A stretch of DNA of 64,000 nt from Flavobacteriales bacterium (GCA_014239655.1 JAAZYM010000057.1:6003-70002), one strand, 5' to 3'. Positions 20,297 through 29,725 are shown, counted from the stretch's first letter. Notes: generated by a model from the sequence alone, not told the origin. Numbers and translations: made by a program.

Positions 20297-21046
20297 ATGG
20301 GGAGGGCCTTTGAATTTAGGAAAGCAAGAAAAATGAAACGTTGGTCAAAAATGGCCAAAGCATTTACTCGAATTGGAAAAGACATCGTGATAGCAGTCAA
20401 AGAAGGTGGTTCTAATCCTGAAACTAACTCTAGATTACGTCAAGTAATGCAGAATGCAAAAACTGCAAACATGCCAAAAGAAAATATTTTACGTGCAATA
20501 AAAAAAGCTAGCAATAAAGATACTGCAAGTTACGAAGAAATATCTCTTGAGGGGTATGCCGCAAATGGAATTGCAATCTTTGTAGATTGTGCAACAAATA
20601 ACAATAACCGAACTGTAGCAGATGTAAGGTCTTACTTTAGTAAATGTGATGGAGCCTTAGGGATAAATGGTTCTCTAGAATTTATATTTGACAGAAAAGG
20701 TGTTTTTACTATTAGCCCTGATGAAATATCAATGAATCTTGAAGATTTAGAAATGGAATTAATCGATGGTGGGTTAGAAGAATTAGAAATTGATGATGAG
20801 GCAATTACCATATATTGCGACTTTCGTGAATTTAGCAGTATGCAAAAAAAAATTGAAGAATTAAGTATTGAAATCACTAACTCAGAACTACAAAGAATTC
20901 CCGTCTCTACAAAGAAGATCACAACAGAACAGGCTCACAAAGTTTTCAAAATTCTTGATATGCTAGAAGAAAATGATGATGTCCAACAAGTATTCCATAA
21001 CATGGAATTAACAGAAGAAATACTAAAAGTCATGGATACTGAATAG
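20297..21046 (+). CDS. YebC/PmpR family DNA-binding transcriptional regulator
   Basis: 249 aa. Has the MGRAFEFRKARKMKRW N-terminus and the ANMPKENI motif typical of YebC. Confidence 0.9.
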   Translation: MGRAFEFRKARKMKRWSKMAKAFTRIGKDIVIAVKEGGSNPETNSRLRQVMQNAKTANMPKENILRAIKKASNKDTASYEEISLEGYAANGIAIFVDCATNNNNRTVADVRSYFSKCDGALGINGSLEFIFDRKGVFTISPDEISMNLEDLEMELIDGGLEELEIDDEAITIYCDFREFSSMQKKIEELSIEITNSELQRIPVSTKKITTEQAHKVFKILDMLEENDDVQQVFHNMELTEEILKVMDTE

Positions 21047-21079
21047 GGATTGTAGAAGATCAAAACAACTATAAAAGAA

Positions 21080-22351
21080 ATGAATATATTAATACTAGGT
21101 AGTGGAGGTAGAGAACATACATTAGCTTGGAAAATAGCCCAAAGTAGTTCTTGCAATAAACTTTTTGTTGCGCCAGGAAATGCAGGAACAAGTTTAATTG
21201 GACAAAATATTAATATCGCAGCAACCGATTTTAAAAGTATAAAAGAACTGGCTATCTCTGAAGAAATCTCCATGGTTATAGTTGGTCCTGAAGACCCTTT
21301 AGTGAAGGGGATTTTTGATTTTTTTCAATCAGATGAAAAATTAAAACATATTTCAGTGATTGGCCCTTCTAAACAAGGAGCAAAACTTGAAGGAAGCAAA
21401 AGCTTTGCAAAGGAATTTATGCAAAGAAACAATATCCCAACAGCTAAATATAGATCCTTTACTAAAGAAACCATCTTAGATGGTTATGATTTTCTAAAAT
21501 CTCTTAACGGCCCATATGTATTAAAAGCTGATGGGCTTGCTGCCGGAAAAGGAGTTCTAATATTAAATACGCTAAAAGAGGCGAAACAAGAACTTGAATT
21601 AATGCTGCTAGAGTCTAAATTTGGAAAAGCTAGCTCAACAGTCGTTATTGAAGAATTCTTAGATGGAATAGAGCTCTCTGTTTTTGTAATTACAAATGGA
21701 GAATCATATAAAATACTTCCGTCTGCAAAAGATTATAAAAGAATTGGGGAGGGGGACACGGGATTAAACACTGGAGGAATGGGAGCGGTATCACCGGTTC
21801 CTTTTATTGATAGATTCTTTATGGAAAAGATTGAGCAAGAGATAATAAAGCCTTCCATTGAGGGATTAAAGAAAGAAAGTATTAATTATCAAGGGTTTCT
21901 CTTTATTGGATTAATCAAGGTCGGATCAGAACCAAAGGTTATTGAATATAATGTCCGAATGGGTGATCCTGAGACAGAAGTGGTTATTCCAAGAATTAAA
22001 TCTGATCTATTAAACCTGCTTAAAGGAATTGACGATGGAACATTTAGCGAAAAAGATCTAAATATTAGTGAAGATGCGGCTGCAACTGTAATGTTGGTAT
22101 CGAAAGGGTATCCTGAAAAGTATACTAAAGGGGTTGCTATCACCAATTTTGAAAACTGTGAAGGGAGCATTGTTTTTCATGCTGGAACAAAATTAGATGG
22201 AGACATAACAAAAACTAATGGGGGGCGTGTTATGGCGATTACCTCATTTGGAAAAAATATTGAACAAGCATTGGCAAGATCATATGTAAATGCAGTGCAA
22301 ATTAACTTCAAAGGGAAAAACTATAGAAAAGATATAGGGTTTGATTTATGA
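21080..22351 (+). CDS. purD: phosphoribosylamine--glycine ligase
   Basis: 423 aa. Has MNILILGSGGREH, ATP-grasp segments (VLKADGLAAGKGV) and EYNVRMGDPE. Confidence 0.95.
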   Translation: MNILILGSGGREHTLAWKIAQSSSCNKLFVAPGNAGTSLIGQNINIAATDFKSIKELAISEEISMVIVGPEDPLVKGIFDFFQSDEKLKHISVIGPSKQGAKLEGSKSFAKEFMQRNNIPTAKYRSFTKETILDGYDFLKSLNGPYVLKADGLAAGKGVLILNTLKEAKQELELMLLESKFGKASSTVVIEEFLDGIELSVFVITNGESYKILPSAKDYKRIGEGDTGLNTGGMGAVSPVPFIDRFFMEKIEQEIIKPSIEGLKKESINYQGFLFIGLIKVGSEPKVIEYNVRMGDPETEVVIPRIKSDLLNLLKGIDDGTFSEKDLNISEDAAATVMLVSKGYPEKYTKGVAITNFENCEGSIVFHAGTKLDGDITKTNGGRVMAITSFGKNIEQALARSYVNAVQINFKGKNYRKDIGFDL

Positions 22352-22525
22352 CCCCCCGTGCTCTTTTCCATTTTTTTTATGCCTATACATTATTGTCGTC
22401 CAGGTTACTAAAAACAGAAAAATAATTACTATATATAAATAGTTCATCTTATTCCCTATTAATGGCATCACCTCAAAAGTTGCTGTAAAAAAATCACCAA
22501 TAGTAGTCCAAAAAAATTTCATCAT
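22346..22525 (-). CDS. hypothetical 59-aa single-TM protein (not in the ORF track)
   Basis: Own translation: MMKFFWTTIGDFFTATFEVMPLIGNKMNYLYIVIIFLFLVTWTTIMYRHKKNGKEHGGS. It has one clear TM helix and a basic tail. Its last codons overlap the purD stop from the opposite strand. Confidence 0.4.
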   Translation of the reverse strand: MMKFFWTTIGDFFTATFEVMPLIGNKMNYLYIVIIFLFLVTWTTIMYRHKKNGKEHGGS

Positions 22526-22554
22526 AGTCGTTAAATTTTAATGCCAAATTTATA

Positions 22555-22562
22555 TATTTTTG
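22555..22562 (+). promoter_or_regulatory. -7 promoter box (TAnnTTTG)
   Basis: TATTTTTG, 9 nt upstream of the ATG at 22572. Confidence 0.4.
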
Positions 22563-22571
22563 AATTAATAG

Positions 22572-23504
22572 ATGCTACTTAAAACCTTAATCAACCCAAA
22601 ACCTAAAACAACAGTTTGTTTTGTTGTTTTTAGTATTATCTTTCTTTCCCTTCCTTTATTTCAAATTAATGAGGGTTGGCATGATTTAGATGGGTATTAC
22701 ATTCTCTTCTTCTTAGCTTCAATTATAGTATTGCTTTTACATGCCTTCGGTTTAAACAACCTAATCTACAAAAACAATATAATTAAAAAAGAAAACCTGA
22801 TAATTGCCACTGTATTTATTCTTCTCAACACCTTCAATAGTGGTGTTTTCCAAAATCTTATATCTAGTTTTTTAATGCTTCTTGTTATTAACTATCTTTT
22901 TGAATCGTATCAAAAAGAATATCCTTTTAAAGAAATCTTCAATGCATCTTTTATTTTAAGTTTTATTGTTTATTTAAATCCAATTATGCTAATAATGTAT
23001 CTTCTTATTATATTATGTAGCCTAATATTTAATTACTCTAATTGGAGATGTTATCTTGTGTCTCTACTAGGATTCTTTATGCCATGTCTTCTTTATATTA
23101 TTTGGTTAAGCATTATTCAGGCGCCAATTAATCTTCTTGCTTTCTATACCCCCCCTTCATTATTATTCTCTTATTCAGGAATAATTGATTTTTATAATGC
23201 AAATCAAACAGTCTCATTGATTCTAATTTTAATTGTCTTAATTTCAATCTTGGAATTCTTCAATTGGCTATACAAAAAAAGCATACGATCAAGAAAATCT
23301 TTTTTTATATTACTTACGTATTTGTTAATCTCGGTATTAATCGGATGCTTTGGAAGTAAAGATGATTGGTATCTAATATTGAGCCCCTTAGCTGTCTTTA
23401 TCGCAAACTATTTTACATATACTAAAAAGAGAAATCTTGCTAATATTCTATTTTATGCTTTTGTCTTCACTTCTTGTTATTATCGATGTCTCATTGTAAT
23501 TTAA
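22572..23504 (+). CDS. hypothetical polytopic membrane protein
   Basis: 310 aa with about 8-9 TM helices and no catalytic motif recognised. Transcribed divergently from the 59-aa ORF. Confidence 0.6.
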   Translation: MLLKTLINPKPKTTVCFVVFSIIFLSLPLFQINEGWHDLDGYYILFFLASIIVLLLHAFGLNNLIYKNNIIKKENLIIATVFILLNTFNSGVFQNLISSFLMLLVINYLFESYQKEYPFKEIFNASFILSFIVYLNPIMLIMYLLIILCSLIFNYSNWRCYLVSLLGFFMPCLLYIIWLSIIQAPINLLAFYTPPSLLFSYSGIIDFYNANQTVSLILILIVLISILEFFNWLYKKSIRSRKSFFILLTYLLISVLIGCFGSKDDWYLILSPLAVFIANYFTYTKKRNLANILFYAFVFTSCYYRCLIVI

Positions 23505-23534
23505 TATGTAAATTTACACCATAATATAATTTGC

Positions 23535-24221
23535 ATGAATTTTGGAGTAGTGATTTTTCCTGGATCTAATTGTGATAAAGATATTATCTCAAGTATAGAA
23601 AGAATAACCCATCAAAAAGTAGTTGAGCTTTGGCATAAAGATACAGATCTAAAAAGCTGTGATGTAATATTTCTTCCTGGAGGATTCTCTTTTGGGGATT
23701 ATCTGCGTTCAGGTGCCATAGCTAAATTCTCGCCAATAATGGAAAAGGTTATTGATTTTGGTAAAAATGGAGGTTATATTATAGGAATATGTAATGGGTT
23801 TCAGATTTTAACAGAAAGTGGTCTTTTGCCTGGTGCTTTACTACACAATACGAATAATAAATTTATCTGTAAGAATGTCTTGTTAAAAATAACAAATGAA
23901 GAAACATTAATAACAAATAGCTACCAACAGTCGGTTATTAAAATACCTATAGCTCATGGAGAGGGAAGGTTTTTTGCAGATGAAGAAACCATTGATGATT
24001 TATTTAAAAACAAGCAAGTTATATTCCAATATTGTGATTCCCAAGGAGAAATAGTTTCTAGTGCAAATCCAAATGGCTCTATCTCTAACATTGCTGGAAT
24101 TTGTAATAAGGAGAGAAATATTTTTGGTATGATGCCTCATCCTGAACGCGCCGCCGACCAACTCCTAAAAAATACTGATGGGGTCGGTTTGTTTAAAAGT
24201 ATTTTGAATTATATTCAATAA
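23535..24221 (+). CDS. purQ: phosphoribosylformylglycinamidine synthase, glutaminase subunit
   Basis: 228 aa. Has the class I amidotransferase nucleophile GICNGFQIL and the MMPHPER His/Glu segment. Confidence 0.9.
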   Translation: MNFGVVIFPGSNCDKDIISSIERITHQKVVELWHKDTDLKSCDVIFLPGGFSFGDYLRSGAIAKFSPIMEKVIDFGKNGGYIIGICNGFQILTESGLLPGALLHNTNNKFICKNVLLKITNEETLITNSYQQSVIKIPIAHGEGRFFADEETIDDLFKNKQVIFQYCDSQGEIVSSANPNGSISNIAGICNKERNIFGMMPHPERAADQLLKNTDGVGLFKSILNYIQ

Positions 24222-24232
24222 CCTCTGATTAA

Positions 24233-25276
24233 ATGAGAGTTAGCCTGTTTATTATAGCAATTATAAGTTTATCTAGCTGTGCAAGTATCATTATGCCTTC
24301 TGGAGGGGAAAAAGATACTCTCCCTCCCTCTCTTATCAAGATAGAACCGATAAACAAATCAATAAATTTTAAGGCCAACAAAATAACTTTTGAATTTAAT
24401 GAGAATATTCAGGAAAATCAATGGAATAAACACTTCAATATTTCTCCTTTAACAAATAACCCTCCGAAATTTAAAATCAACAATAAATACCTTACGGTAT
24501 TTTTAGATAATCTAAAAAAAGAAACAACCTACTCCTTAAATCTAAATCACTGCATAAAAGATATGAATGAAGGCAATGTGTCAGAAGGGATTGAGTACTT
24601 ATTTTCTACTTCTGATAAAATAGATACTCTTAAAATCAATGGTAGATTAATCGATGCAAAAACTTTAGAGCCAAAAATTAATACATGGGTTTTCTTACAA
24701 AAGGAAGATTTGCAAGATAGCCTATGTTTTCAAACAAGGCCAATCTATGTTACAAAAAGCAATGAACATGGGGATTTTCTTTTTAATAATCTAGATGAAA
24801 AAGATTACCAAATATTTTCTATTTCTGGATTAGACTTTATATATCATGAAGGAGATAGGTTAGGCTTTATGAATAGATTAGTAAATTCTATTAATGATAG
24901 TAACCTCACAATTTATCTATTTGATCCATTATATGAACATGAAGTGGATGATACAAAAGACTCATTGCTTCAATCTGAAAGCACATTAGTTGGAGATATT
25001 ACGATTACAAGTAGTTTTGAAACTAATGTTCTTGTGCAGCTTTTTCAAGACAAGCAATTAAAAAAAGAAATTTCTTTTAAGAAAAGCCCCTATATAATCA
25101 AAAATATTAAAGCTGGAGAATACGATATATATCTTACTATTGATAATAATCAAAATAATTTATGGGACACGGGTAATTTTATTTTACGAAAATTACCCGA
25201 GGCTATTTATCGCTATAAAGAAACCTTAAATATTAGAGCTAATTGGAATTTAGAAATTGATTGGTATATTAATTAA
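24233..25276 (+). CDS. Ig-like (SbsA-type) domain lipoprotein
   Basis: 347 aa. Has a lipoprotein signal (LSSC) followed by PSGGEKDTLPPSL, which resembles the conserved Bacteroidota Ig-like-domain lipoprotein N-terminus. Confidence 0.6.
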   Translation: MRVSLFIIAIISLSSCASIIMPSGGEKDTLPPSLIKIEPINKSINFKANKITFEFNENIQENQWNKHFNISPLTNNPPKFKINNKYLTVFLDNLKKETTYSLNLNHCIKDMNEGNVSEGIEYLFSTSDKIDTLKINGRLIDAKTLEPKINTWVFLQKEDLQDSLCFQTRPIYVTKSNEHGDFLFNNLDEKDYQIFSISGLDFIYHEGDRLGFMNRLVNSINDSNLTIYLFDPLYEHEVDDTKDSLLQSESTLVGDITITSSFETNVLVQLFQDKQLKKEISFKKSPYIIKNIKAGEYDIYLTIDNNQNNLWDTGNFILRKLPEAIYRYKETLNIRANWNLEIDWYIN

Positions 25277-26045
25277 TAGTGAAGCCATCTCTGTCTTTTA
25301 GAAAATTCATTTGCCTTCTTTTGAGCTTCAAATCTTCTAAACAGATTTCAATTTGCAAAACCTCTTCTTTATTTTCTGTAGATGAAAGCACCTTTTTACC
25401 AAAAGAATCAAATACTGAAGAGTGCCCATTAAAAGAGATTTTGTTTCCGTCTTCTCCTATTCTGTTTACGCCAATTGTATAGCATTGGTTTTCTATAGAG
25501 CGAGCTTTTAGAAGAGTATCCCACGCATCAATTCTTTTTACAGGCCAATTTGCTAAATAGAGAAGAATATCATAGTCTATATCATTTCTGCTAAATACTG
25601 GAAAACGCAAATCATAACAAATAAGTGGGCAAATTTTCCACCCTTCTATTTCTATAAGCAATCTTCCTTCTCCTTTTGTAATGCTTCTTTCTTCTTTTAT
25701 AAGTGAGAATAAATGATGTTTATCATAGGTATAGATTTCTCCTTTTCTAGAAATCCAAACTAATCGATTATATACTTTTTCTTTTTCCTTTACCATTAAA
25801 CTACCAGCAATAGCACAATTTTTATTCTTGGATATTTCTTTCATCCAATTCACTGTTCTCCCTTCCATTTTTTCTGCCAAATGGATTGATTTAGGACAAA
25901 AAGCCGTGTTAAACATCTCAGGAAGCAAAATAATATCTGTTTCTGAAATATCCAAAATTAATTTCTCAAAATGAGAAAGGTTTTTATCTATATCTTGCCA
26001 AAAAAGATTAGATTGTATAAGAGATAGATTGAGCTTTTTTTTCAT
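25269..26045 (-). CDS. carbon-nitrogen hydrolase (nitrilase superfamily), omega-amidase YafV-like
   Basis: 258 aa. The Glu/Lys/Cys triad context is visible (LPEMF, ...YDKHHLF, ICYDLRFP). Confidence 0.85.
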   Translation of the reverse strand: MKKKLNLSLIQSNLFWQDIDKNLSHFEKLILDISETDIILLPEMFNTAFCPKSIHLAEKMEGRTVNWMKEISKNKNCAIAGSLMVKEKEKVYNRLVWISRKGEIYTYDKHHLFSLIKEERSITKGEGRLLIEIEGWKICPLICYDLRFPVFSRNDIDYDILLYLANWPVKRIDAWDTLLKARSIENQCYTIGVNRIGEDGNKISFNGHSSVFDSFGKKVLSSTENKEEVLQIEICLEDLKLKRRQMNFLKDRDGFTIN

Positions 26046-26049
26046 AAAC

Positions 26050-26057
26050 CAAATTTA
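26050..26057 (-). promoter_or_regulatory. -7 promoter box (TAnnTTTG) abutting the start codon
   Basis: The minus strand reads TAAATTTG-gttt-ATG, leaving only 4 nt between the box and the start at 26045. Confidence 0.4.
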
Positions 26058-26170
26058 TGAAAATTATTTTTTAATCCTATTTTAGGAACTCCTAACAAAT
26101 ATTAAAGAAAAGATGTAGGAATGAGGGAATTTGAATCTGTCTACTACTTGGAGAAGAAAGTGAATATTCT

Positions 26171-26917
26171 TTATTTTTTAAAAATTTTCCTAAATAAAAT
26201 CATCAACGGATCAAAGTATCTGTCAACTACCCTTTCTTTTAGTGGGATTATGCCATCATCTGTAATTTGAATATCTTCAGGGCAAACTTCAGTACAGCAA
26301 CGTGTAATATTACACATTCCAGATCCATAATCTTCCTTAATGGCAGGAATTCTATCAGCATCATCCATAGGGTGCATTTCCAAACTGGCTAAACGAATCA
26401 TAAATCTTGGACCAACAAATTTGTCTTTTGCATCTTGGTCTCTTATTACATGACAAACATTCTGACATAAATAGCACTCAATACATTTTCTAAAATGCTG
26501 TGTTCTTTCTACGTCTACTTGTTGCATTAGTAATCCTTTTTCCGTATTGTTTTTGTTTTGAGCTGGAGAAAATGGTTTTATTCTTTGGTTTTGTTTGTAA
26601 TTCCAACTTACATCAGTGACAGTGTCTTTAATGGTTGGAAATGCTTTTAAAGGAGTAATGGTAATAGTCTCGTCAGGACTATATTCATTCATCCTTGTCA
26701 TGCATGCTAGTTTTGGTTTCCCATTAATTTCCACACTACACGAACCGCACTTTCCTGCTTTACAATTCCATCTGCAAGCCATATCATTCGCATCATCTGC
26801 TTGAATTCTGTGTATAGCATCCAGTACTACCATGCCTTCTGTTATATCGCAATTATAGTCAACCAGCTCACCTTTAGTGTTATCTCCTCTATATATTTTG
26901 AATGTCTGATTTCCCAT
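26171..26917 (-). CDS. sdhB: succinate dehydrogenase/fumarate reductase iron-sulfur subunit
   Basis: 248 aa. Has the 2Fe-2S motif CRWNCKAGKCGSC...C, the 4Fe-4S motif CIECYLCQNVC and a third cluster motif CNITRCCTEVCP. Confidence 0.9.
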   Translation of the reverse strand: MGNQTFKIYRGDNTKGELVDYNCDITEGMVVLDAIHRIQADDANDMACRWNCKAGKCGSCSVEINGKPKLACMTRMNEYSPDETITITPLKAFPTIKDTVTDVSWNYKQNQRIKPFSPAQNKNNTEKGLLMQQVDVERTQHFRKCIECYLCQNVCHVIRDQDAKDKFVGPRFMIRLASLEMHPMDDADRIPAIKEDYGSGMCNITRCCTEVCPEDIQITDDGIIPLKERVVDRYFDPLMILFRKIFKK

Positions 26918-26919
26918 AA

Positions 26920-28770
26920 TTATACCTTTCTTTCTGATGCAACTTCCGTTTCTAAATCTTCAAGTTTTGCATTGGCAATTCTAAACAGTTCTGCATTGGG
27001 CTCTTGTCGTTTCTCTTTAGATACCTGCATATTTCCTTCTTCTCCTTTTTTACTGATGATGTTATACTGATACCACTCCTCACTTTCTGTAGTAAAATCA
27101 TCCCTAGTATGAGCTCCTCTACTTTCTGTTCTAAGATGAGCAGCCCTAGCTACCGCTTCTGCAGTAATTAATAAATTTCGCATAGCAAGCGCTTCATGCC
27201 ATCCAGGATTAAACTGCGAAGAACCATTTGCTTTTACATTTTTATTTTTTTCTTTTAAATTTTCAATGTTTTGAATACCTTCTTGTAACTCGGAATCAGT
27301 TCTAATAATTCCTACATTTTTCTGCATGTTTTTCTGCAAGTCTTCATGCAAAAGATAGGGGTTTTCTCCTTCTTCTCTATTTAAAATACCTGTCGCATTC
27401 CGAATTATTTTTTTAACATCATCTTCATTAAATTTTGGAACAGATTCTAGTTTCTTGGCGTATTTAGAGGCTCCCATACCAGCCAAATTTCCAAATACTA
27501 ATAAATCAGAAAGCGAATTTCCTCCCAAACGATTAGCTCCATGCATTCCCGCTGCGCATTCTCCACAAGCAAAAAGCCCATCCACCGTAGACATAGTAGT
27601 GTCTGCCTCAACACGAATACCTCCCATAAAATAGTGACACGTTGGGCCAACTTCCATTGGTTCTTTGGTAATATCTAACTCAGCCAATACTTTAAATTGA
27701 TGATACATGGAAGGCAATTTCTTTTTGATGTCTTCTGCATTTCTTTGAGTCGCAATATCCAAATAAGCCCCCCCATGTTTAGAGCCCCTGCCTGCTTTTA
27801 CCTCTGCATTAATAGCCCTTGCAACCACATCTCTTGTAAGCAGCTCTGGTGGTCTTCTTGCATCTTTATCTCCAGCTAACCATCTGGCTGCTTCCTCTTC
27901 TGTATCAGCAGTTTCATTTTTAAATTTTTCTGGAATATAGTCAAACATAAACCGTGTCCCTTCACTATTTTTTAAAATTCCTCCTTCTCCTCTTACACCT
28001 TCTGTAACTAAAATTCCTCTAACTGATGGAGGCCATACCATTCCGGTTGGATGGAATTGATTAAATTCTAGATCCATTAATTCTGCACCCGCTTCATAAG
28101 CCATAGCATATCCATCCCCTGTATATTCCCAACTATTTGAAGTTATTTCCCATGCCTTACCACCACCACCTGTTGCAAGAATTAAAGATTTTGTTTTAAA
28201 AATAATAAATTCTCCTGTTTCACGGTACATACACACCACACCAGCAACTTTTCCGTGTTGATCTTTCAAAACATCCAATGCAGTACACTCCATGTGAATG
28301 TCAATACCTTTATGAATTCCATAATCTTGAAGGGTTCTAATCATTTCTAGCCCAGTTCTATCTCCTACATGAGCTAATCTTGGATATCTATGGCCTCCAA
28401 AATTTCTTTGGTTAATTAGCCCTTCTTTTGTTCTATCAAAAACCGCTCCCCACTGTTCTAATTCCTTGACTCTTTCTGGAGCATGTTTAGCGTGTAATTC
28501 CGCCATTCGCCAAACATTCAACATTTTCCCTCCACGCATTGTATCTCGAAAATGAATTTTCCAATGGTCTCTATTATCAACATTTCCAAGTGCAGCAGCC
28601 ATACCCCCTTCAGCCATTACTGTATGCGCCTTACCTAATAAAGATTTGCAAACCAAACCAACTTTTTCAGATTCTTTAGCCGACGTTATTGCAGCGCATA
28701 AACCGGCTCCTCCTGCTCCTATTACAAGAACATCAAATTCTATCTGTCTTATTTCTGAAATATCTAACAT
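26920..28770 (-). CDS. sdhA: succinate dehydrogenase/fumarate reductase flavoprotein subunit
   Basis: 616 aa. Has the FAD motif VIGAGGAGL, the covalent-FAD His segment KSLLGKAHTVMAEGG, and HPTG and ESRGAHTR active-site segments. Confidence 0.95.
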   Translation of the reverse strand: MLDISEIRQIEFDVLVIGAGGAGLCAAITSAKESEKVGLVCKSLLGKAHTVMAEGGMAAALGNVDNRDHWKIHFRDTMRGGKMLNVWRMAELHAKHAPERVKELEQWGAVFDRTKEGLINQRNFGGHRYPRLAHVGDRTGLEMIRTLQDYGIHKGIDIHMECTALDVLKDQHGKVAGVVCMYRETGEFIIFKTKSLILATGGGGKAWEITSNSWEYTGDGYAMAYEAGAELMDLEFNQFHPTGMVWPPSVRGILVTEGVRGEGGILKNSEGTRFMFDYIPEKFKNETADTEEEAARWLAGDKDARRPPELLTRDVVARAINAEVKAGRGSKHGGAYLDIATQRNAEDIKKKLPSMYHQFKVLAELDITKEPMEVGPTCHYFMGGIRVEADTTMSTVDGLFACGECAAGMHGANRLGGNSLSDLLVFGNLAGMGASKYAKKLESVPKFNEDDVKKIIRNATGILNREEGENPYLLHEDLQKNMQKNVGIIRTDSELQEGIQNIENLKEKNKNVKANGSSQFNPGWHEALAMRNLLITAEAVARAAHLRTESRGAHTRDDFTTESEEWYQYNIISKKGEEGNMQVSKEKRQEPNAELFRIANAKLEDLETEVASERKV

Positions 28771-28783
28771 AATTATTTTTTAA

Positions 28784-29626
28784 TTATACCCAAGTATTTA
28801 AATCTGTAATCACTCCCATAGAAACCAAACGCACATACACATCCGAAAGCAAAACCCATACTAAAGAAAGCCACGCAAATATTTGATGTCTTCTGTTAAG
28901 AAATGTTACAATCTTCCATCTACTATGGGCGTGTTCTGCAGAATGTGAGCAAGAAAAACAATCCATTTTTCCGCCAATTAAGTGTCTAAATGAATGGCAC
29001 CCAAAAGTGTATGCTCCTAATAGAAGAGGATTAATAAGCAAAACAATACTTCCTACTCCAACACCAAATTCTCCATTTCTAAAGAATGCCATAACCGCAT
29101 CATAGGATAAGATAAAAATAAATATTATAGCAAAATACATAGCGTATCGGTGCACGTTTTGAAAAAGAAGTAAGCCCGTTTCTCCTTTATAATCTTTTTG
29201 CGGAATCCCCCCAACAGCACAAGCTGGTGGTGTAAATGCAAATGCTCTATAATATGCTTTTCTATAGTAATAACAAGTAAATCGAAAAGAAAGCGGAAAT
29301 ACTAAAATAAGCCACGCTGGAGAATATCCAGGAAGCCACCACAGCCAATCTGGCCATGCTCCAAATAACGCATGAGAAATAGGTGGAATTCCGTTCATCC
29401 CTTCTTTAAGAAATAAGGGTGGTGAATAAAAAGGAGAAAGATATCCCCCAAATCCTTCAGTATTTACGGTTCCACTCCACCAAAAATATTCTCCCTGCCA
29501 AGCCGCCCAAGTAGAATACGCTATAAACGAAAGAAGTCCAAGAAGTACTAACAATGGTCCTATCCACCACTTATCTTCTCTTAAAGTAGATAAAAACTCT
29601 TTTTTTTCTGCAATAATTTGAGACAT
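28784..29626 (-). CDS. non-canonical succinate dehydrogenase membrane anchor (Cys/His-cluster membrane protein)
   Basis: 280 aa and Trp-rich, with about 5-6 TM helices. It is the first gene of the sdh operon, 13 nt upstream of sdhA. It contains FGCHSFRH...MDCFSCSHSAEHAH, and it is not the roughly 220-aa b558 type. Confidence 0.6.
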   Translation of the reverse strand: MSQIIAEKKEFLSTLREDKWWIGPLLVLLGLLSFIAYSTWAAWQGEYFWWSGTVNTEGFGGYLSPFYSPPLFLKEGMNGIPPISHALFGAWPDWLWWLPGYSPAWLILVFPLSFRFTCYYYRKAYYRAFAFTPPACAVGGIPQKDYKGETGLLLFQNVHRYAMYFAIIFIFILSYDAVMAFFRNGEFGVGVGSIVLLINPLLLGAYTFGCHSFRHLIGGKMDCFSCSHSAEHAHSRWKIVTFLNRRHQIFAWLSLVWVLLSDVYVRLVSMGVITDLNTWV

Positions 29627-29645
29627 CTTATTATTTTTAATTCGA

Positions 29646-29653
29646 CAAATATA
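29646..29653 (-). promoter_or_regulatory. -7 promoter box (TAnnTTTG) for the sdh operon
   Basis: The minus strand reads TATATTTG, 19 nt upstream of the ATG at 29626. Confidence 0.45.
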
Positions 29654-29725
29654 ATTGCTTTATATAAACCTACTTTATAATCATAAATAAAAAAACAAGT
29701 TATTTATTAGGTGTAAACTTATTAT

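Noticed and set aside
20935-21273. 112-aa minus-strand ORF bridging the yebC-like and purD genes
   Set aside because: It is antisense to both genes and spans their intergenic region. It is a shadow ORF.
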